In this document: piece by piece, positions 17,443-30,072 of the stretch
How the letters are laid out: every line of letters begins with the position of its first letter
How positions within the stretch are numbered: the stretch's first letter is position 1
NCBI GenBank assembly: GCA_964530905.1
Contig: CAZHCI010000001.1
Coordinates: 14,995-73,688 of the forward strand
DNA from: an uncultured bacterium
Lineage (GTDB): Bacteria > Deinococcota > Deinococci > Deinococcales > Trueperaceae
Direction: 5' to 3'
Length of the DNA stretch: 58,694 nucleotides
Notes under the pieces: model-generated
What the model was told of the DNA's origin: nothing
The model's database searches: none
The model's input: only the letters and a program-made list of their open reading frames with translations
Translations under genes and position numbers: made by a program

Positions 17443-20334
17443 ATGGACATGCACGGATTCACGAGCGTCGACGAACGCGAGCTCGCCATCGCCGGGGTGA
17501 CCGGACGGCGGCTCCGTCACGAAGCCAGCGGCGCGGAGCTGCTGGCGCTGCAGGGCGACGAGCCGAACCTGTCGTTCGCCGTCGGCTTCCAGACCCTGCC
17601 CGACGACGACACCGGCGTCGCCCACATCCTCGAGCACATGGTCCTCGCCGGCTCCGAGCGCTTCCCGCTCAAGGATCCGTTCTTCGAGATGATCAAGGGC
17701 TCGCTGGCCGGGTTCCTGAACGCGATGACGTACCCCGACCGGACGATCTACCCGTTCGCGACGGAGCATCCCCGCGACTTCCTGAACCTGCTCGACGTGT
17801 ACCTCGACGCCGTGTTCCGGCCGCGCCTGTCGCGCGAGACGTTCGACCAGGAGGCGTGGCACCTCGAGCTGAACGGCAGCGAGCGCCGCCTGCTCCTTCG
17901 CGGCGTCGTCTACAACGAGATGAAGGGCGCGATCGCCGATCCGAATCGCGCGCTGGCCCACACCGAGACCGAGGCGCTCTTCCCAGGCACCGCCTACCGG
18001 CACGAGTCGGGCGGCGACCCGGCCGCGATTCCCGAGCTGAGCTACGAGGACCTGGTCGCCTACCACGCCGCGCACTACCACCCCAGTCGGGCGCGGTTCG
18101 TGGTGCACGGGGACGTGCCGCTCGAAGCGACCCTGGCGGCGATCGCCCGCTACGTACGGGGCGCGCCGCGCCTCGACCCGCTGCCGCCGCCGTCGGTCCA
18201 GCCCCCGTTCGACGCGCCGAGGACGGCCAGCGGCGCGTACGCCTCGGACGCTCGCGGCAAGGCGTTCGCCACGCTGGCCTGGGCGCTGCCCGTCCCGTCC
18301 GGTCCCGGCGAGGAGCTGGAGCTCGAGGTGCTCGATCACGTGCTGGTCGGCTCGCCGGCGGCCCCGCTCCGTCGGGCGCTGTTGGACTCGGGCCTGGGCG
18401 AGGCGTTCGTGGGCGGGCTCGGCACCGCGCTACGGCAGCCGGTGTTCCGAGCCGGCCTCCGGGGCGTCGATCCGGAGCGCACCGGAGAGGTGCACCAGGT
18501 GGTCCAGGCGACGCTGCACGACCTCGCCGAGCGCGGCTTGGACGCGGCGGACGTCCAGGCCGCGCGGAACCGGCTGGAGTTCGACCTCCGCGAGCTCGAC
18601 GTGTACGGCGGCCAGCGCGGCTTGGCGCTGGCGCTCGACGCGCTGGGGGCGTGGCTGCACGGACGCGATCCGCTTCGGCAGGTGGACCTCGACGCCGCCC
18701 TCGTGCAGCTCGACGCCCGGCTCGGCGAGGGCGCAGGCGCCCTCACCCGCCTGCTGCGCGCTCGCTTGCTCGACAATCCGCACCGGGTGGCGTCGACGGT
18801 GGTGCCGGACCTCGAGCTGAGCGAGCGCCGCGCGGCCCAGGAAACGGCGCGCCTCGAGACGCGCGCCGCCACCATGAGCGACGCCGACCTGGCCGCGGTG
18901 GCCGCGTCGGCCGCTGCGCTCGCCGAGGCGCAGCGCCAGCCCGACCCGCCCGAGGTCCGTGCCACGTTGCCTCGCCTGCATCGCGACGACCTTCGCGAGC
19001 AGCGGCCCGAGCCCGAGATCCGTAGCGAGGAGCGGGACGGCGTCCAGATCCTGCGGATCGATCTGCCGACGCGCGGCCTGGTCTACCTGGACCTGGGCTT
19101 CGATCTGCGCCGCGTCCCGGGTCGCCTGCTGCCGCACGTGGGCCTGCTCGGGCGCCTGCTGCTCGAGACGGGGACGAAACGCCGATCGCTGGCCGAGCTG
19201 AGCCGGACGATCGACCGGGACACCGGCGGGATCGGCGCGGGCGCCGACCTGGCCGCGGGCGTGGGCGGCGCTCCGGGCATGGCGCGCTTCTTCGTGCGCG
19301 GCAAGGCGCTGGCCGACAAGGCCGGCGACCTCACGGCCCTGGTCCGGGAGATCGTCACCGAGGCGGATCTCGGTGACGTCGCGCAGGTCCGCCGCCTGGC
19401 GGTCGAGGACCTCGCGAGGCGGCGGTCGGCGTTGGAGCCGGCCGGGCATCGCTTCGCGCTGCGCCGCCTGGCCGCGCACGACAGCCTCGAGGACCGGGTC
19501 GAGGAGCGGATCGGCGGCCTGGCGTCCCTGGACGCGCTGGCCCGGTTCGTCGCGCGCTGCGACGACGATTGGACGGCCCTGTCCGCCGAGCTCGAGGAGC
19601 TGCGCGACACCCTGCTGGTGCGGGACGGCCTGGTCGTCGGCGTCACCGCCGACGACGTCGCCGCGGACGCCGCGAGCGACGCGCTGCCGACGCTTCTCGA
19701 CGGGCTTCCCCGCGGCACCGGCGGCACGGCGACGTGGAGCCTGGACGCCCCGGGCCCGCGCGAGGGCTGGACGCTCCCGGGCCAGGTGCACTACGTGGCG
19801 ACCGGACGGACGCTGCGGGAGGGTGCGCCGCTGCCGGGCGGCTGGCTGGCGGCGTCGCGCTGGCTGACCTCCGACGTGCTGATCCCCCGTCTGCGCTTTC
19901 AGGGCGGCGCGTACGGCGCCGGCGCCCAGCTCGACCCGCTGCACGGGGCGATCCGGACGTTCTCCTACCGCGATCCGAACCTCCAGGAGACGCTGGACGT
20001 CGTCGCCGAGGCCCCCGAGCTGTTGCGCGAGGCGGCGGAGACGGTCGAGCCTCTGGACGTCGAGACCCTCGTGATCGGCGCGGTCGGATCGCTGGATCCG
20101 TACGCGCTTCCGGGCGCCCGCGGGTTCCGGGCGCTGGTGCGTCGGCTGCGCGGGACGGAGGGACAGACGGAGCGGCTCCGTCGCGAGCTGCTGGACGCCG
20201 ACCGGTCGGTGTTCACCGAGCTCGCCGACGCCATCGAGGCCGCCGGCGAGCCGCGGATCGTCGTGTTGGGTCCCACGGCCCGGTTGGACGAGGCGCGAGG
20301 CGAGCTGGCGCTCGAGGTGCGCGAGCCCGGCTGA
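17443..20334 (+). CDS. M16C (presequence protease / PreP-like) zinc metallopeptidase
   Basis: 963 aa. Inverted zinc motif HILEH in TGVAHILEHMVLAGSERFPLKDPFFEMIKGSLAGFLNAMTYPDRTIYPFA, a typical PreP N-terminus. Confidence 0.88.
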   Translation: MDMHGFTSVDERELAIAGVTGRRLRHEASGAELLALQGDEPNLSFAVGFQTLPDDDTGVAHILEHMVLAGSERFPLKDPFFEMIKGSLAGFLNAMTYPDRTIYPFATEHPRDFLNLLDVYLDAVFRPRLSRETFDQEAWHLELNGSERRLLLRGVVYNEMKGAIADPNRALAHTETEALFPGTAYRHESGGDPAAIPELSYEDLVAYHAAHYHPSRARFVVHGDVPLEATLAAIARYVRGAPRLDPLPPPSVQPPFDAPRTASGAYASDARGKAFATLAWALPVPSGPGEELELEVLDHVLVGSPAAPLRRALLDSGLGEAFVGGLGTALRQPVFRAGLRGVDPERTGEVHQVVQATLHDLAERGLDAADVQAARNRLEFDLRELDVYGGQRGLALALDALGAWLHGRDPLRQVDLDAALVQLDARLGEGAGALTRLLRARLLDNPHRVASTVVPDLELSERRAAQETARLETRAATMSDADLAAVAASAAALAEAQRQPDPPEVRATLPRLHRDDLREQRPEPEIRSEERDGVQILRIDLPTRGLVYLDLGFDLRRVPGRLLPHVGLLGRLLLETGTKRRSLAELSRTIDRDTGGIGAGADLAAGVGGAPGMARFFVRGKALADKAGDLTALVREIVTEADLGDVAQVRRLAVEDLARRRSALEPAGHRFALRRLAAHDSLEDRVEERIGGLASLDALARFVARCDDDWTALSAELEELRDTLLVRDGLVVGVTADDVAADAASDALPTLLDGLPRGTGGTATWSLDAPGPREGWTLPGQVHYVATGRTLREGAPLPGGWLAASRWLTSDVLIPRLRFQGGAYGAGAQLDPLHGAIRTFSYRDPNLQETLDVVAEAPELLREAAETVEPLDVETLVIGAVGSLDPYALPGARGFRALVRRLRGTEGQTERLRRELLDADRSVFTELADAIEAAGEPRIVVLGPTARLDEARGELALEVREPG

Positions 20335-20337
20335 GGT

Positions 20338-20373
20338 GCCCGGACGGCGCGGCCCGGCCGGCGCCGTCCGGGC
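20338..20373. terminator. Bidirectional hairpin between convergent M16 peptidase and asnB
   Basis: Perfect 13-bp stem GCCCGGACGGCGC / GCGCCGTCCGGGC with a 10-nt loop. Confidence 0.6.
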
Positions 20374-20387
20374 CGCGCCGCCGGCCC

Positions 20388-21878
20388 TCAGTCGGCGGCG
20401 TTCGGCGTGCGGTCGGCGTGCCAGCGTCCGACCGCCGCGGCGGCCGCCTGCGGATCGGGGAACGCCCCGGCGAACATCCGGTAGTACGCCGCCTCCTCGG
20501 CGGAGCGGAGCGGGAACGGCGCGGCGGGGCCGGGCTCGTTCGGGAGGTCGCGCACGAGCTCGGCGAGGAGGTCCACCGATCCGGACCCCTCGTCGAACTG
20601 CGCCTTGCCGCGCCAGACGATCGCCTCGGGCAGCAGGTCGGCGACCGCCTCGCGAAGGATCCACTTCTCGGTGCCGCCCCGCCGCTTGAGACGGGGATCG
20701 ATCCGTTGCGCCACGTCGATCAGGTCGACGTCCAGGAACGGCACGCGGCCTTCGAGCCCGTGCGCCATCGTCATCCGGTCGACGCGCTGCAGGTTCACGT
20801 CGTGCATGGTGCCCAGCGACCGGGTCAGCTCCGTGGCCAGGGCGTCCGGATCGCCGTCGTACGACGCATGGTAGGCGTAGCCGCCGAACAGCTCGTCCGC
20901 CCCCTCGCCCGTCAGGATCACCTTGACGTGCTGCGCCGCGAGGCGCGCGGTGAACCAGGTCGGCACGACGCTCCGGACCAGGTCGGCGTCGAACGACTCT
21001 AGGCCGGCGACGATGCTGGGCAGCACGGCACGGACCTCGTCAGGATCGATGACGTGCTCGTAGTGATCGGTGCCGAGATGCTCCGCGACGACGCGCGCCG
21101 CGATCAGGTCGGGCGACCCCTCGGTCCCGACCGAGAACGTCTTGAGCGAGCCGGTGCGGCGGACCGCCAGCGCCGCGATCGCGCTGGAGTCCAGGCCGCC
21201 GGAGAGGAACGCGCCGAGCGGCACGTCGGCCATCAGGCGCTTGTCGACGGCCGCCTCGAGCGCAGCGCGGACGGCGCGGCGGGCCTCGCCGACGTCGCCG
21301 ATCTCGCTGCGCGCCTCGGGCAGCGACCAGCTCCGGCGCACCCCGTGACGCGAGTGCCAGACGGTGCCCGGACGCACGGCGCGGAGCGGCGCGCCGACGT
21401 GCGCCAGCGCCTTGAGCTCGGACGCGAACCAGGTCGTGCCGTCCTTCTCGGCGAGGTAGAGCGGCTTGATGCCCAGCGGGTCGCGTGCCAGCGCCAGGTC
21501 GCGTCCGTCCGCCACCGCCAGCGCGTACATGCCGTCCAGCGCCCGCGCGAACGCCGCGCCGTCGCGCTCGAACAGGTGGAGCGCCGCCTCGGTGTCGGCA
21601 TCGGAGGCGAACTCGTGGTCGCCCAGCCGTGCGCGCAGCCCGGCGTGGTTGTAGATCTCGCCGTTGCCGGCGAGCGCGACGGTGCCGTCCTCGCTGCGGT
21701 GCGGCTGGTCGCCGCCCTCGGGATCGACGATGGACAGCCTGACGTGGCCCAGGGTGGTCGGGCCGCAGCGCACGACGCCCTCGGCGTCCGGTCCTCGGTG
21801 ACGGAGCGCCGCCATCATCTTGCGTGTCTCGCCGACCGGGTCGGGGTGGCGTCCGTGGACGCCGCAGATGCCGCACAT
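20388..21878 (-). CDS. asnB: Asparagine synthase (glutamine-hydrolysing)
   Basis: ATG 21878 gives the obligatory Met-Cys N-terminus (MCGICGV...) of Ntn amidotransferases, with a GGAGGG RBS. SGGLDSS pyrophosphatase loop. The ORF-track start 21914 adds 12 implausible residues. Confidence 0.9.
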   Translation of the reverse strand: MCGICGVHGRHPDPVGETRKMMAALRHRGPDAEGVVRCGPTTLGHVRLSIVDPEGGDQPHRSEDGTVALAGNGEIYNHAGLRARLGDHEFASDADTEAALHLFERDGAAFARALDGMYALAVADGRDLALARDPLGIKPLYLAEKDGTTWFASELKALAHVGAPLRAVRPGTVWHSRHGVRRSWSLPEARSEIGDVGEARRAVRAALEAAVDKRLMADVPLGAFLSGGLDSSAIAALAVRRTGSLKTFSVGTEGSPDLIAARVVAEHLGTDHYEHVIDPDEVRAVLPSIVAGLESFDADLVRSVVPTWFTARLAAQHVKVILTGEGADELFGGYAYHASYDGDPDALATELTRSLGTMHDVNLQRVDRMTMAHGLEGRVPFLDVDLIDVAQRIDPRLKRRGGTEKWILREAVADLLPEAIVWRGKAQFDEGSGSVDLLAELVRDLPNEPGPAAPFPLRSAEEAAYYRMFAGAFPDPQAAAAAVGRWHADRTPNAAD

Positions 21879-21985
21879 GGTGAATCCCTCCAACGGGTGC
21901 GCACGGTCGGTCACCTCGTGTGACCGTCCCGAACCGTCCGAGGGTAGCCCGGCTGGCCCTCGGCGTCGTCGCCTGACCGACGAGA

Positions 21986-22011
21986 GGGCCGCGACGTCGT
22001 CGTCGCGGCCC
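21986..22011 (-). terminator. Hairpin terminator after clpB
   Basis: 11-bp stem GGGCCGCGACG / CGTCGCGGCCC with loop TCGT, 36 nt past the clpB stop. Confidence 0.55.
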
Positions 22012-22046
22012 CCGCCGGAATCGGCCGGTCCCCTAGCCGGAGCGCC

Positions 22047-24635
<2,589 letters not shown>

Positions 24636-24641
24636 GCGTCG

Positions 24642-24671
24642 ATGGTACGAATGTGAGTCTGCTGTTGTCAA
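24642..24671 (-). promoter_or_regulatory. clpB promoter TTGACA-N18-TACCAT (6 nt before the ATG), overlapping a HAIR-like HspR box TTGACA-N7-ACTCAC (24653-24671)
   Basis: Read directly on the minus strand. The HAIR consensus is CTTGAGT-N7-ACTCAAG. Confidence 0.5.
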
Positions 24672-24710
24672 CTTTCCTGCAACATCGCTCGCTGAACCGA
24701 TCTTGGACAC

Positions 24711-24739
24711 GGGCGCCGAGCCTCTCGGCCTCGGCGCCC
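24711..24739 (-). terminator. Hairpin terminator after pntB
   Basis: 10-bp stem GGGCGCCGAG / CTCGGCGCCC with a 9-nt loop, 29 nt past the pntB stop. Confidence 0.55.
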
Positions 24740-24768
24740 GCGACGCACGATCGACGCGAGGGCGACGC

Positions 24769-26151
24769 TCAGCCCTCGAGCGCCTCCTTGAACTCCGAGA
24801 CCAGCTGGCTCACCGTCGCCTTGCCGTCGCCGAACAGCATGCGCGTGCCCGGCTTGAAGAACAGCGGATTCTGCACGCCGGAGAAGCCCGGGTTCATCGA
24901 GCGCTTCAGGACGAAGGTGGTCCGCGCCCGGTCGACGTCGATGATCGGCATGCCGTAGAGCGGGCTGGTGGCGTCCTCGCGAGCGGCGGGGTTCACCACG
25001 TCGTTCGCGCCGATCACGATGGCCACGTCGACCATCTCCATCGTCGGGTTCACGTCGCCCGGCTCGACGAGCTGCTCGTAGGGGACGTTCGCCTCGGCGA
25101 GGAGCACGTTCATGTGCCCGGGCATGCGGCCGGCCACGGGGTGGATCACGTAGCGGACCTCGGCGCCGTTCTTCTCGAGCATCTCGGCGAGCTCGCGGAC
25201 CACGTGCTGCGCCTGCGCGACCGCCATGCCGTAGCCCGGCACGACGACGACGTTCGACGCCGCCTCCAGGATGTAGTACGCGTCGTCCGCGGAGATCGGC
25301 TTGACCTCGCCGGTGATCGCCGCTCCGCCCTCGACGGGCGCGCCGCCGAAGCCGCCGAACAGCACGTTCGTCAGGCTGCGGTTCATGCTCTTGCACATGA
25401 TGTTCGTCAGGATGAAGCCCGAGGCGCCGACCAGCGAGCCGGCCACCACGAGGGCGCTGTTGCCCAGCACGAACCCGGCCATCGAGGCGGCCAGCCCCGA
25501 GTAGGCGTTCAGGAGGCTGACCACGATCGGCATGTCGGCGCCGCCGATCGGCAGCACCAGCAAGACCCCCAGCACCAGGGCGGCGACGGCGGCCACCGCG
25601 AACGCCAGTCCGGCGGTCGACGCCGACGATCCCGACACGAACCAGACGGCCATGCCGAGCCCGAGCACCGCCAGGCCGACGGTCCACACCTGCTGGGCAG
25701 GCAGGCGGATCGACCGGCCGGGAAGCTTCTCGGCCAGCTTGCCCCAGGCGATCACGCTGCCCGACGCGGCGACGGCGCCGATGATCGCCGCCGCGGCGAT
25801 GGCGGCGGCCGTTCCCGCGCCACGCTCGGGCTGCTGGACCCACTCGGCCCAGGCGACGCCCATCGACGCCAGGCCGCCCGAGCCGTTGAACAGCGCGACC
25901 ATCTCGGGCATCGCGGTCATCTTCACGATCCGTGCGGCGATCCCGCCGACGGCCGCGCCGATCAGGAGGCCGACGACGATCCAGAGCCAGGAGATGCCGC
26001 CCGCGAACAGGGTCGCGACGACGGCCACCAGCATGCCGCCGGCGGAGATCAGGTTGCCGCGCCGAGCCGTGTCCGCGCGACCGAGGAGCTTCAGGCCGAG
26101 GATGAACAGAACCGCGGCCACGACGTAGGCGAGCTGAACGACGGCAGGCAT
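24769..26151 (-). CDS. pntB: NAD(P) transhydrogenase subunit beta
   Basis: 460 aa with a polytopic N-terminal half and a C-terminal NADP(H) domain ([15 protein letters not shown]...GANDVVNP). Confidence 0.93.
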   Translation of the reverse strand: MPAVVQLAYVVAAVLFILGLKLLGRADTARRGNLISAGGMLVAVVATLFAGGISWLWIVVGLLIGAAVGGIAARIVKMTAMPEMVALFNGSGGLASMGVAWAEWVQQPERGAGTAAAIAAAAIIGAVAASGSVIAWGKLAEKLPGRSIRLPAQQVWTVGLAVLGLGMAVWFVSGSSASTAGLAFAVAAVAALVLGVLLVLPIGGADMPIVVSLLNAYSGLAASMAGFVLGNSALVVAGSLVGASGFILTNIMCKSMNRSLTNVLFGGFGGAPVEGGAAITGEVKPISADDAYYILEAASNVVVVPGYGMAVAQAQHVVRELAEMLEKNGAEVRYVIHPVAGRMPGHMNVLLAEANVPYEQLVEPGDVNPTMEMVDVAIVIGANDVVNPAAREDATSPLYGMPIIDVDRARTTFVLKRSMNPGFSGVQNPLFFKPGTRMLFGDGKATVSQLVSEFKEALEG

Positions 26152-26154
26152 CGC

Positions 26155-26430
26155 CTACTCCTTCTTCCCGGCGCGGAACATGCCGAGCATGCGGTCGGTG
26201 ACCAGGTAGCCGCCGACGACGTTGATCGTCGCGAAGATCAGGGCCCCCACGCCGATCGCCGTCCCCAGCGCGTTGTCGCTGGAGGCCGCGATCAGGGCGC
26301 CCACGATCGTGATGCCGCTGATCGCGTTCGAGCCGGACATCAGCGGCGTGTGCAGCTGACTGGGCACCTTGGTGATCAGCTCGACCCCGAGGAAGATGGC
26401 GAGCACGAAGACGAAGATGAGCAGGATCAT
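26155..26430 (-). CDS. pntAB: NAD(P) transhydrogenase subunit alpha part 2 (membrane)
   Basis: 91 aa. LHTPLMSGSNAISGITIVGAL is the signature of the small alpha-2 subunit. Confidence 0.9.
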   Translation of the reverse strand: MILLIFVFVLAIFLGVELITKVPSQLHTPLMSGSNAISGITIVGALIAASSDNALGTAIGVGALIFATINVVGGYLVTDRMLGMFRAGKKE

Positions 26431-27575
26431 GCGGAGCTTCCTTCCTCGAGCACGGCCGCCACGCGCTCGTCGCGGACCGTCCCCTGGTGCGTCAGCAGGC
26501 AGCCGTCCACGACGTCGTCGTTCTCGGGATCGAGCGCGAGCGCGGAGCCCTCCTCGTCCCAGGCGTGCTGGATCAGCGCGAACAGGTTCGAGGCGAACAT
26601 CTCGCTGGCGTCCCGCGCCACGAGACCCGGCAGGTTCGACAGCCCGACGATCCTGACGCCGCCGATGACGACCTCGTCGTCCGCCACGCTTCCTTCGACG
26701 TTGCCGCCGGTCGAGGCGGCCATGTCGACGATGACGCTGCCAGGCCGCATGCCGGCCACCATCGCCGCGTCGACGATACGGGGAGCGGGCCGACCGAACA
26801 GCTGCGCGGTCGTGATCACGACGTCGGCGCCGGCGACGACCTTCGCCATCTGGCGGCGCTGCTCGGCGAGCTGCTCGGCGCTGAGCTCCTTGGCGTAGCC
26901 CTGCTCGGTCTGGCCGGTCTCGCCGACGTCGAGCTCGACGAACTTGGCCCCCAGCGAGCGCACCTGCTCGGCCACGACCGGCCGGGTGTCGTACGCGTCG
27001 ACGCGAGCGCCGAGGCGCTTCGCGGTCGCGATCGCCTGGAGCCCGGCCACCCCGACCCCGACGACGAACACGCGCGCCGGCGGAATCGTGCCCGCCGGCG
27101 TGCTCATCATGGGAAACGACTTGCCGCTGCGGTCCGCGGCCGTGATCACCGCCGCGTAGCCCCCCAGGCTGGCCTGGCTCGAGAGCGCGTCCATCTTCTG
27201 CGCGTAGCTCGTCCGAGGCACCAGCTCCAGGCAGAGCGCGGAGAGTCCTTCGTCCCGGGCCAGCCGAACCAGCTCCTGCCTGCGGAACGGGTCGAAGAAC
27301 GAGATCACCACCGTCCCCTCGCGAAGACCCCGAAGCGTGGACGCTTCGGGCGGGTTGAGGGAGAGCAGCGCGTCAGCGGACGCGAGCAGCTCGTCCCGCG
27401 ACGCGAACGTCGCACCCGCCTTCTCGTAGAGGGCGTCCGACAGGTCGGCCTCGGCCCCGTAACCGGGCTCCAGACGCACGTTCGCGCCCAGGTCGACGAG
27501 CCGCTTGGTCACGGTCGGAGTCAACGCCACGCGGCGCTCTCCGGCCGTGCCGTCGCTCAAGCTGACGAAGTCCAT
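26427..27575 (-). CDS. pntAA: NAD(P) transhydrogenase subunit alpha part 1 (dI, NAD(H)-binding)
   Basis: 382 aa with an alanine-dehydrogenase-like fold (VFVVGVGVAGLQAIATAKRLGA). 4-nt overlap with pntAB. Confidence 0.92.
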   Translation of the reverse strand: MDFVSLSDGTAGERRVALTPTVTKRLVDLGANVRLEPGYGAEADLSDALYEKAGATFASRDELLASADALLSLNPPEASTLRGLREGTVVISFFDPFRRQELVRLARDEGLSALCLELVPRTSYAQKMDALSSQASLGGYAAVITAADRSGKSFPMMSTPAGTIPPARVFVVGVGVAGLQAIATAKRLGARVDAYDTRPVVAEQVRSLGAKFVELDVGETGQTEQGYAKELSAEQLAEQRRQMAKVVAGADVVITTAQLFGRPAPRIVDAAMVAGMRPGSVIVDMAASTGGNVEGSVADDEVVIGGVRIVGLSNLPGLVARDASEMFASNLFALIQHAWDEEGSALALDPENDDVVDGCLLTHQGTVRDERVAAVLEEGSSA

Positions 27576-27709
27576 GCGGCATCATGGCATTCCTGCTCAC
27601 GATTCGTGCGGGACGAAGGTCCTCGCGCCCCCGTGCCGCTCGCGACGGCGCGCCGCACGCCGCTCGGCGATCGCGGTCCAGGCGCCGCTCGGTGCTCGCG
27701 ACCGGTGGC

Positions 27710-27715
27710 TATACT
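27710..27715 (+). promoter_or_regulatory. -10 box TATACT, 6 nt before GTG 27722 (9 nt before the pfkA ATG)
   Basis: Read directly. Confidence 0.45.
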
Positions 27716-27724
27716 GCTGCGGTG

Positions 27725-28693
27725 ATGAAGCACCTCGCCGTACTCACCAGCGGTGGCGACGCCCCGGGCATGAACGCGGCCATCCGCGCCGTGGTCCGCA
27801 CCACGATCGCGCGGAAGGCTCGCATCTCGGCCGTCTACCGCGGGTTCCAAGGACTCCTCGACGACGACATCGAGGAGCTCGACGCTCGCAGCGTCGCGAA
27901 CATCATCCAGCGCGGCGGGACGATCCTGCGCACCGCCCGCTCGGCGGCGTTCCTGGAGCCCGAAGGACGGGCGATCGCGATGAAGACGCTCGAGCGCCAC
28001 GGGATCGAGGGGCTGGTCGTGATCGGAGGCGACGGCAGCTTCCGGGGCGCCTCGAAGCTCCACGACGAGCACGGCGTCCCGGTCATCGGCGTTCCGGCCA
28101 CGATCGACAACGACATCTTCGGCACCGACGTGTCGATCGGGTTCAACACCGCGCTCAACGTGGCGCTCGACGGCGTGGACCGGCTGCGCGACACCGCGGC
28201 GAGCCACGACCGGCTGTTCCTGGTCGAGGTGATGGGACGCAACTCCGGCCATATCGCGCTCAACGTCGGGGTCGCCGGCGGGGCCGAGGCGATCCTGATC
28301 CCCGAGCGGCACGCCGACGTGGGCGACATCGCCGACCTGCTCATCGCGGCCGAGCGGCGGGGCAAGACCAGCAGCATCGTCGTCGTCGCCGAGGGCGCCT
28401 TTCCCGGCGGCGCGATGGCGCTGCAGCACGCCATCGAGGAACGCAGCGGCTCGGAGGTGCGGACCTCGATCCTCGGCCACATCCAACGTGGGGGAAGCCC
28501 CTCCACCCGTGACCGCGTGCTCGCCTCGCGCTTGGGCTACATGGCCGTCGACGGCCTCTTGAACGGGCGCTCGGGCGAGATGGTCGGCATCGACAAGCGC
28601 GGCAACGTGTTCGTGAAGCTCTCCGACGTCTGGGAGAACCACAAGCCGATCGACGAGCAGCTCTTCGAGCTGGCCGCCATCCTGGCGATCTGA
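27725..28693 (+). CDS. pfkA: ATP-dependent 6-phosphofructokinase
   Basis: Within ORF 27584..28693. MKHLAVLTSGGDAPGMNAAIRAVVR, IGGDGSFRGA, PATIDNDI, MGRNSGHIAL. GTG 27722 (6 nt after TATACT) is an alternative start. Confidence 0.93.
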   Translation: MKHLAVLTSGGDAPGMNAAIRAVVRTTIARKARISAVYRGFQGLLDDDIEELDARSVANIIQRGGTILRTARSAAFLEPEGRAIAMKTLERHGIEGLVVIGGDGSFRGASKLHDEHGVPVIGVPATIDNDIFGTDVSIGFNTALNVALDGVDRLRDTAASHDRLFLVEVMGRNSGHIALNVGVAGGAEAILIPERHADVGDIADLLIAAERRGKTSSIVVVAEGAFPGGAMALQHAIEERSGSEVRTSILGHIQRGGSPSTRDRVLASRLGYMAVDGLLNGRSGEMVGIDKRGNVFVKLSDVWENHKPIDEQLFELAAILAI

Positions 28694-28747
28694 TCGCGGC
28701 GGGCCGCGCGAGCCGGGGAACGCCCGTGCGGCGACCCCGGCCGGCGC

Positions 28748-30013
<1,266 letters not shown>

Positions 30014-30056
30014 CGGCAGCCCCGCCCCGCCGGGAGCGACCGTGCCGAGAGGCGGC

Positions 30057-30065
30057 TGGTATCTT
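30057..30065 (+). promoter_or_regulatory. Extended -10 TGgTATCTT, 7 nt before the zwf ATG
   Basis: Read directly. Confidence 0.45.
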
Positions 30066-30072
30066 CGTGGCT

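Noticed and set aside
24636-24710. N-terminal extensions implied by the longest ORFs: clpB to 24710, rplM to 8128, asnB to 21914, aapJ to 57572, hydrolase to 48506, patatin to 33697, sseA to 3699, rpe to 2338.
   Set aside because: The extensions are non-homologous Arg-rich sequence. They overlap promoters or neighbouring genes, and internal starts carry an SD or a -10 box at the proper distance. AsnB also needs Cys at position 2.
28694-28747. Terminator between convergent pfkA and tyrS (GCCGGGG...CCCCGGC). Similar weak stems lie at 43832..43873, 35289..35322 and 51003..51038.
   Set aside because: The stems are only 6-8 bp with long loops, which is too weak to call with confidence.
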